From NCBI GenBank assembly GCA_023267215.1, contig JAHFNS010000002.1, positions 192,892-256,891 of the forward strand: DNA of 64,000 nucleotides, read 5' to 3'. Each line of letters begins with the position of its first letter. The first letter of the stretch is position 1. Source of the stretch: Candidatus Nomurabacteria bacterium (GTDB taxonomy: Bacteria; Patescibacteriota; Minisyncoccia; Phycocordibacterales; UBA9973). Shown here one piece after another: positions 59,465 to 64,000 of the stretch. The notes beneath the pieces were generated by a model that saw nothing but the letters and a program-made list of their open reading frames with translations, had not been told where the DNA came from and did not search any database. The position numbers were made by a program, and so were the translations under genes.

Positions 59465-60268
59465 ATGGAAAATGAGAATTTGAGCTTAAAGAAAACCTTG
59501 GAATATATTGGCTTTTCTGAAAAAGAAGTTTTGGTGTATTTAGCACTGTTAGAATTAGGGAAAGGGACAGTAACACAGATTTCTCGTAAAGCCGGGATAA
59601 ATCGTCCGACCGGATATCATGTTTTGGCTTCACTTGAGTCGAAAGAACTAGTAAAAGTGTCAGGAAAAGAGCCAAAACAAGAGTACGTGGCAGAATCGCC
59701 AGACCAAATTGAAAAAATACTTTTGAAGAAAATTGAAAATGATCAATCTTATATTAACGAAGCTCGAAAAATTATTCCTGAATTAAAGTCAATACATAAT
59801 ATTGCAGATAGACCAAAAGTATTATTTTACGAAGGAAAAGAAGGACTTCAAAAGGTTTACGAAGATACTTTGACTTCTCGTGAAGAGATTCTTGCTTATG
59901 CCAGCGTAGAAGATGTCGAATCGACCTTACCAAATTATTTTCCAGAATATTATAAAAGACGAGCAAAAAAGGGTATAAAGATAAGAGCTATTTTCCCAGA
60001 ATCAAAAGAAGCTAGAAATCGTGCAGATTTAGATGAAGAAGAAATTCGCGAATCACTTTTAATCTCAAGCGAAAAATTTGGTTTTCATCCAGAAATAAAT
60101 ATTTACAACAATAAGATTATGATCGCTTCTTGGCGAGAAAAACTTGGAATCATAATAGAAAGTGCTGAGATTGCGGATGCTATGAAAAAGATATATGAGC
60201 TTGCTTGGGCTGAAGCCAAGAGGCTGGATAAACAAATAGAAGATGATAGTAATAATGTGTTAGAATAA
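59465..60268 (+). CDS. TrmB-family wHTH transcriptional regulator
   Basis: GFSEKEVLVYLALLELG..ISRKAGINR, PKVLFYEGKEG, IYNNKI. Confidence 0.9.
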   Translation: MENENLSLKKTLEYIGFSEKEVLVYLALLELGKGTVTQISRKAGINRPTGYHVLASLESKELVKVSGKEPKQEYVAESPDQIEKILLKKIENDQSYINEARKIIPELKSIHNIADRPKVLFYEGKEGLQKVYEDTLTSREEILAYASVEDVESTLPNYFPEYYKRRAKKGIKIRAIFPESKEARNRADLDEEEIRESLLISSEKFGFHPEINIYNNKIMIASWREKLGIIIESAEIADAMKKIYELAWAEAKRLDKQIEDDSNNVLE

Positions 60269-60275
60269 AAAAAAT

Positions 60276-61217
60276 ATGAAGATTGGAATTTTTGATTCGG
60301 GGTTAGGTGGACTTATCATTGCAAAAGCGATACAGAAAGCAATGCCACAATATGACTATGTATATTTAGGAGACACAAAAAGAGTGCCTTATGGGAACAG
60401 ATCTCATGAAGCTGTGTTTGAGTTTACAAAAGAAGGAATAGATTTTTTATTTAAAAAAGAAAATTGTGCCATCGTCATTGTAGCCTGCAACACTGCTTCA
60501 GCTAGAGCTCTTCGTAGAATTCAACAAGAATATTTAGTGGAATACAATGCGACACGGAAAGTGATGGGTGAGTCCGAGAGAAAAATATTAGGTGTTTTAA
60601 TTCCTACTGCCGAAGAGGCAGCTAAATATAAAAGAGTTGGTATATTGGCGACGACAGGCACCGTGAACTCAAATACTTTCCTGACGGAAATTAAGAAAAT
60701 TAATTTAAAAAGAAAAAAGGACTTGCAAAACCCCCTCCTTGTGGAGGAGGGGGCAGGGGGTGGTGATTTAAAAAAGAACCACCTCGCCCTAAAAGGCACT
60801 CCTCCTCAGAAAGGAGGAGAAAATCATTTTACTACTCGAGTCTTTCAAAACTCTGCACCGATGCTTGTGCCTCTCATTGAAGAAGGGGAGAAGGAGCTTG
60901 CTTTTCAATTTATAAAAAAATATTTGAAACCATTTACTACCAAGAAGCTCGATGCATTAGTTCTCGGCTGTACACACTATCCGTTTTACAAAAATGAAAT
61001 TAAAAAAGTTTTGGGTCCAAAAGTGAAAATAATTTCTCAAGACGAAATAATTCCAAAAAAGTTGAAAGAATATTTTGCAAAGCATACAGAAGTTTCAAAA
61101 AAATTGTCACAAAAAAAGACAGCTAAAATTCTCGTCACAGACATAACTCCAAGAGTAAAAGAATTGTCTCAAAAATGGTTTGGTAAAAATACAAAAGTAG
61201 AATTGATAAGATTATAA
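60276..61217 (+). CDS. murI: Glutamate racemase with a family B insertion
   Basis: FDSGLGG, PYG, ACNTAS, LGCTHYP. Confidence 0.97.
   Translation: MKIGIFDSGLGGLIIAKAIQKAMPQYDYVYLGDTKRVPYGNRSHEAVFEFTKEGIDFLFKKENCAIVIVACNTASARALRRIQQEYLVEYNATRKVMGESERKILGVLIPTAEEAAKYKRVGILATTGTVNSNTFLTEIKKINLKRKKDLQNPLLVEEGAGGGDLKKNHLALKGTPPQKGGENHFTTRVFQNSAPMLVPLIEEGEKELAFQFIKKYLKPFTTKKLDALVLGCTHYPFYKNEIKKVLGPKVKIISQDEIIPKKLKEYFAKHTEVSKKLSQKKTAKILVTDITPRVKELSQKWFGKNTKVELIRL
60731..60821. repeat. Family B element, in frame in murI
   Basis: Peptide PLLVEEGAGGGDLKKNHLALKGTPPQKGGE, homologous to the uvrC insert. Confidence 0.92.
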
Positions 61218-61278
61218 TAATCTTGACAAAGTTGTGTTTCGTAGTATCATTATTATGAAATAATTGTGGAGGTTTTAT

Positions 61279-61383
61279 ATGCATCATATGCATATTCACA
61301 TCGAGACAAAGAAATTGTATATATTGTATTTTATCTTTCTAGCCATCCTAATGCTGGCCATAGTTTTTTCAGAAAAAGGATAA
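61279..61383 (+). CDS. Unannotated 34-aa single-TM protein with His-rich N-terminus
   Basis: ttgaca-N16-tatcat, ggaggt SD, MHHMHIHIETKKLYILYFIFLAILMLAIVFSEKG. Confidence 0.65.
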   Translation: MHHMHIHIETKKLYILYFIFLAILMLAIVFSEKG

Positions 61384-61392
61384 AATACTTAT

Positions 61393-62184
61393 CTAAATTT
61401 CTAAAGATATTGGACAATGATCAGAGCCGAGAACTTCTTTCAAGATCTCGGCTTTTTTTATTTTCTTTTCTAGTTTTTTACTGACGAAAAAATAATCTAT
61501 TCTCCAGCCGATGTTTCTCGCACGAGCATTTGCAAAATGACTCCACCAAGTATAATGTCCGTTGCCTTTGGTAAAAATTCTAAAAGTGTCCACGAATCCT
61601 TTGTTAATCATATTGTCGATACCTTCACGTTCTTCATCTGTGAAACCTTTATTCCCCACATTTTCTTTTGGTCGAGCTAGGTCATCCGGAGTATGTGCCA
61701 CATTCAGATCGCCACAAAATATTACAGGCTTCTTTTTGTTTAACGTTTCTACATAAGCCAGAAATGCAGGGTCCCACACCTTGTGACGTAGGGGAATGCG
61801 AGATAAGTCATCTTTTGCATTTGGAGTGTAGACGTTAATCAAGAAAAAATCTTTATACTCTATCGCTATCACGCGGCCTTCGTTATTCGGATTTCCATAA
61901 CTGTCTTCCGCAAGTTTGTGTTTCTTTGCTATATCTTTAGGAATATCACATATGACAGAGAGAGGTTTCTCTTTTGTGAAAATAGCTGTGCCACTATAAC
62001 CTTTGCGCGTGGCAGAATTCCAATATTCTTCATATCCTTTTATCACCACTTCACTTTGATGTTGCTGTGCCTTTGTTTCTTGTAGGCAAATAATATCGGG
62101 TTTGTACTTCTCGACGAACGGAACAAAAAGATTTTTTTTGTGTACTGCTCGTATTCCATTTACGTTCCATGAAATTATTTTCAT
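61393..62184 (-). CDS. xth: Exodeoxyribonuclease III / AP endonuclease
   Basis: SWNVNGIRA, CLQETK, GDLNVAH, GWRIDY, GSDHCP. Confidence 0.96.
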   Translation of the reverse strand: MKIISWNVNGIRAVHKKNLFVPFVEKYKPDIICLQETKAQQHQSEVVIKGYEEYWNSATRKGYSGTAIFTKEKPLSVICDIPKDIAKKHKLAEDSYGNPNNEGRVIAIEYKDFFLINVYTPNAKDDLSRIPLRHKVWDPAFLAYVETLNKKKPVIFCGDLNVAHTPDDLARPKENVGNKGFTDEEREGIDNMINKGFVDTFRIFTKGNGHYTWWSHFANARARNIGWRIDYFFVSKKLEKKIKKAEILKEVLGSDHCPISLEI

Positions 62185-62188
62185 AAAT

Positions 62189-63157
62189 TTATTTTTTACT
62201 ATGAAACTTTTTATGTACATCTAATAAATGCTTGTCTGTGACGTGAGTGTATATCTGAGTAGTGGCAATGTTCGAGTGTCCAAGCATAATTTGTACCGAG
62301 CGAATGTCTGCACCGTTTGAAAGCAAGTCTGTAGCGAAACAATGCCTGATGACGTGGGGGGTGACCTTCTTTGAGATGCCGGCTTTTATGGCGTATTGTT
62401 TTACAATTCTTTCTATTGATCTTTTTGTCAGCGCACTAGCCATAATCTGATCTTTTGATTTTTGTTTTTTTAGATTTTTATCTAGGTCTGATTTTTTAGA
62501 AACGATTTCTTTTCCGACTTGCACAAATAGAGCTTCTTCCATATCTTTTCGCAAAGCTAAATATTTTTTAATAGCGTTCTTTGCTTCTTCTGATATAAAG
62601 ACGACGCGCACTTTGCCTCCTTTTCCGCGGATAGAAAATTGATCAACCCTTAAGTCTAAGTCATTCGTCAGACTACAAAGCTCGGATACACGAAGTCCTG
62701 TAGAAAAAAGTAATTCCAATATTGCTTTATCACGAAGTGATTTTATATCATCTCCTTTCGGAGCGTCGAGTAGGCGAGAAAGCTCTGTTTGAGAAATGAG
62801 GTCGAGAGATCTCTCTGTGACTTTCGCTAGCTCTATCTGATCTCTCGGCATAGACTTTATGCCTCTTTTGGTCAGATATTTCAAAAATACTCGGAGAGCT
62901 ATCAGGTAATAATTTTGAGTTTTTTTTGATAATGTTGCCCCCGTGGCTCTGTTGTTGCCGGTCGACTGTCTGTTTAGCCAAAGTCTGAATTCTCGCACAG
63001 ATGAGTCTGTGATGTCTTCTCCATCTTTTGCTTTTGAAAAATTTAAATAACGCGTGAGATATCTATCATAGTTTTCGACAGTTTTTAGGCTCGAACCTTT
63101 TTCGATTTCTAGATATTCTAGAAACTCCCTTTTTAATTTTTCTAAGTCAGATGCCAT
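62189..63157 (-). CDS. XerC/D-family tyrosine recombinase
   Basis: TGLRVSEL, GKGGK, PHVIRH, LGHSNIATTQIY. Confidence 0.93.
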   Translation of the reverse strand: MASDLEKLKREFLEYLEIEKGSSLKTVENYDRYLTRYLNFSKAKDGEDITDSSVREFRLWLNRQSTGNNRATGATLSKKTQNYYLIALRVFLKYLTKRGIKSMPRDQIELAKVTERSLDLISQTELSRLLDAPKGDDIKSLRDKAILELLFSTGLRVSELCSLTNDLDLRVDQFSIRGKGGKVRVVFISEEAKNAIKKYLALRKDMEEALFVQVGKEIVSKKSDLDKNLKKQKSKDQIMASALTKRSIERIVKQYAIKAGISKKVTPHVIRHCFATDLLSNGADIRSVQIMLGHSNIATTQIYTHVTDKHLLDVHKKFHSKK

Positions 63158-63197
63158 ACAATAATTATATCATGTCGCACAATATATTTCGTTTTTG

Positions 63198-63299
63198 AGA
63201 AAATACAAATAGTGTTTTTTACAACTCGCATATCAACCTGGAAACAATATACGAACTTTTAAGTAGCGTATGTTGCAAAAAACACTATTTGCATTTTCT
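63198..63299 (+). repeat. Family D element (divergent copy) between xer and rpsO
   Basis: 28-bp stem with 2 mismatches; core ctcgca..acctg..gcgtatg. Confidence 0.8.
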
Positions 63300-63324
63300 T
63301 GAACTTTATGCTAAGATAAATGAC

Positions 63325-63588
63325 ATGTTAACTACAAAGAAAAAGCAAACAATTATAAAGAAAAACCAAGCTCATGAGAAAGACACAGGATCTTCTGCTG
63401 TTCAGGTGGCTATTTTGTCTACACAAATAGAGGAATTAGCAAAACACTTAAAGAAACACAAAAAAGATAATAGTTCTCGTCGTGGACTTATAAAGATGGT
63501 TGCTGATAGACGCACTCATTTAAAATATTTAGAAAGAAAAGACAAGACACAATACAACGCAGTAATGAAGAAGATGAATCTTGCATAG
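63325..63588 (+). CDS. rpsO: 30S ribosomal protein S15
   Basis: DTGSSAVQVAIL..HKKDNSSRRGL. Confidence 0.97.
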   Translation: MLTTKKKQTIIKKNQAHEKDTGSSAVQVAILSTQIEELAKHLKKHKKDNSSRRGLIKMVADRRTHLKYLERKDKTQYNAVMKKMNLA

Positions 63589-63590
63589 TC

Positions 63591-63703
63591 AAAATAATAA
63601 GAAATTACTTTTATAAAACACGACATAATTTTCTGCTGAAAATTTGCTATGCTCGGCTCGTCAGCCTGTGCAATGTTTTCTAAAAGCATTTTCTTATTAT
63701 TTT
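63591..63703 (+). repeat. Family E element, intergenic
   Basis: 30-bp arms (27/30); ctcggctcgtcagcctg core. Confidence 0.82.
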
Positions 63704-63723
63704 ATTCGTGGTATTATAAAATC

Positions 63724-64000
63724 ATGACAGTAATAAAAAATAAAGAACAAAGAGTGGGAGTTTTTATCGATACACAAAACTTGTATCACTCTGCTCGCAA
63801 CTTATACAAAGCACGAGTAAACTTCGGTGCAGTTTTAAAAGAAGCAGTGGCTGGGAGAAAGCTTGTCCGTGCCGTGGCCTATGTTATCACTTCTGAAGCA
63901 GGCGACGAGAAACTTTTTTTCGAAGCATTGAGTAAGCTTGGTATTGAAACGAAAACAAAAGATCTTCAGGTATTTTATGGTGGTTCAAAGAAAGGTGACT
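63724..64000 (+). CDS. NYN/LabA domain protein, truncated by the window edge
   Basis: RVGVFIDTQNLYHSA..VRAVAY..SKKGD. Confidence 0.88.
   Translation, partial: MTVIKNKEQRVGVFIDTQNLYHSARNLYKARVNFGAVLKEAVAGRKLVRAVAYVITSEAGDEKLFFEALSKLGIETKTKDLQVFYGGSKKGD

Noticed and set aside
139-62981. Short antisense or overlapping ORFs in the track (e.g. 34469-35074, 55557-56033, 55975-56610, 61266-61484)
   Set aside because: They are shadows of well-supported genes and have no recognisable motifs.
62189-63157. Tyrosine recombinase as a prophage or ICE integrase, or as mobiliser of the hairpins
   Set aside because: It looks like housekeeping XerC/D between xth and rpsO, with no att repeats or cargo. Adjacency to one family D copy is not sufficient evidence.
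1-64000. CRISPR array, or repeat families C/D/E as CRISPR repeats or attC sites
   Set aside because: Copies are dispersed rather than regularly spaced; there are no cas genes, no integron integrase and no RYYYAAC/GTTRRRY ends.

Overview
AT-rich, code-11 chromosomal window around the replication origin (dnaN-dnaA-rpmH-rnpA-yidD-yidC-jag). Gene content and the short, streamlined enzymes suggest a Patescibacteria/CPR (Parcubacteria-like) bacterium; this is inference, not a database result. It holds uvrBAC, polA, ruvB-yebC-ruvC, tyrS, a class A PBP, a relaxase-less VirB4/PrgI/VirB6/pilin (T4SS-like) operon with large secreted proteins, rsmA, pcrA, a LysM-M23 peptidase, five tRNAs, a CCA-adding enzyme, murI, xth, a Xer recombinase and rpsO. 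The most striking unexplained signal is about 30 short GC-rich hairpin elements in several families. Many sit in frame inside housekeeping genes (uvrA/B/C, polA, pcrA, rsmA, cca, jag, murI, ruvC), like Rickettsia palindromic elements. Families C, D and E have a conserved, covarying core closed by 12-30 bp inverted arms that differ in every copy; in uvrB one arm appears to be native coding sequence and the other its reverse complement. No mobilising enzyme is visible in the window. Other observations: a parS-like cluster, pervasive leaderless promoters, 7-nt-periodic stop-codon arrays in the T4SS operon, two unannotated small proteins and a 5'-half tRNA-Pro duplicate. All alignments and coordinates were read by eye.
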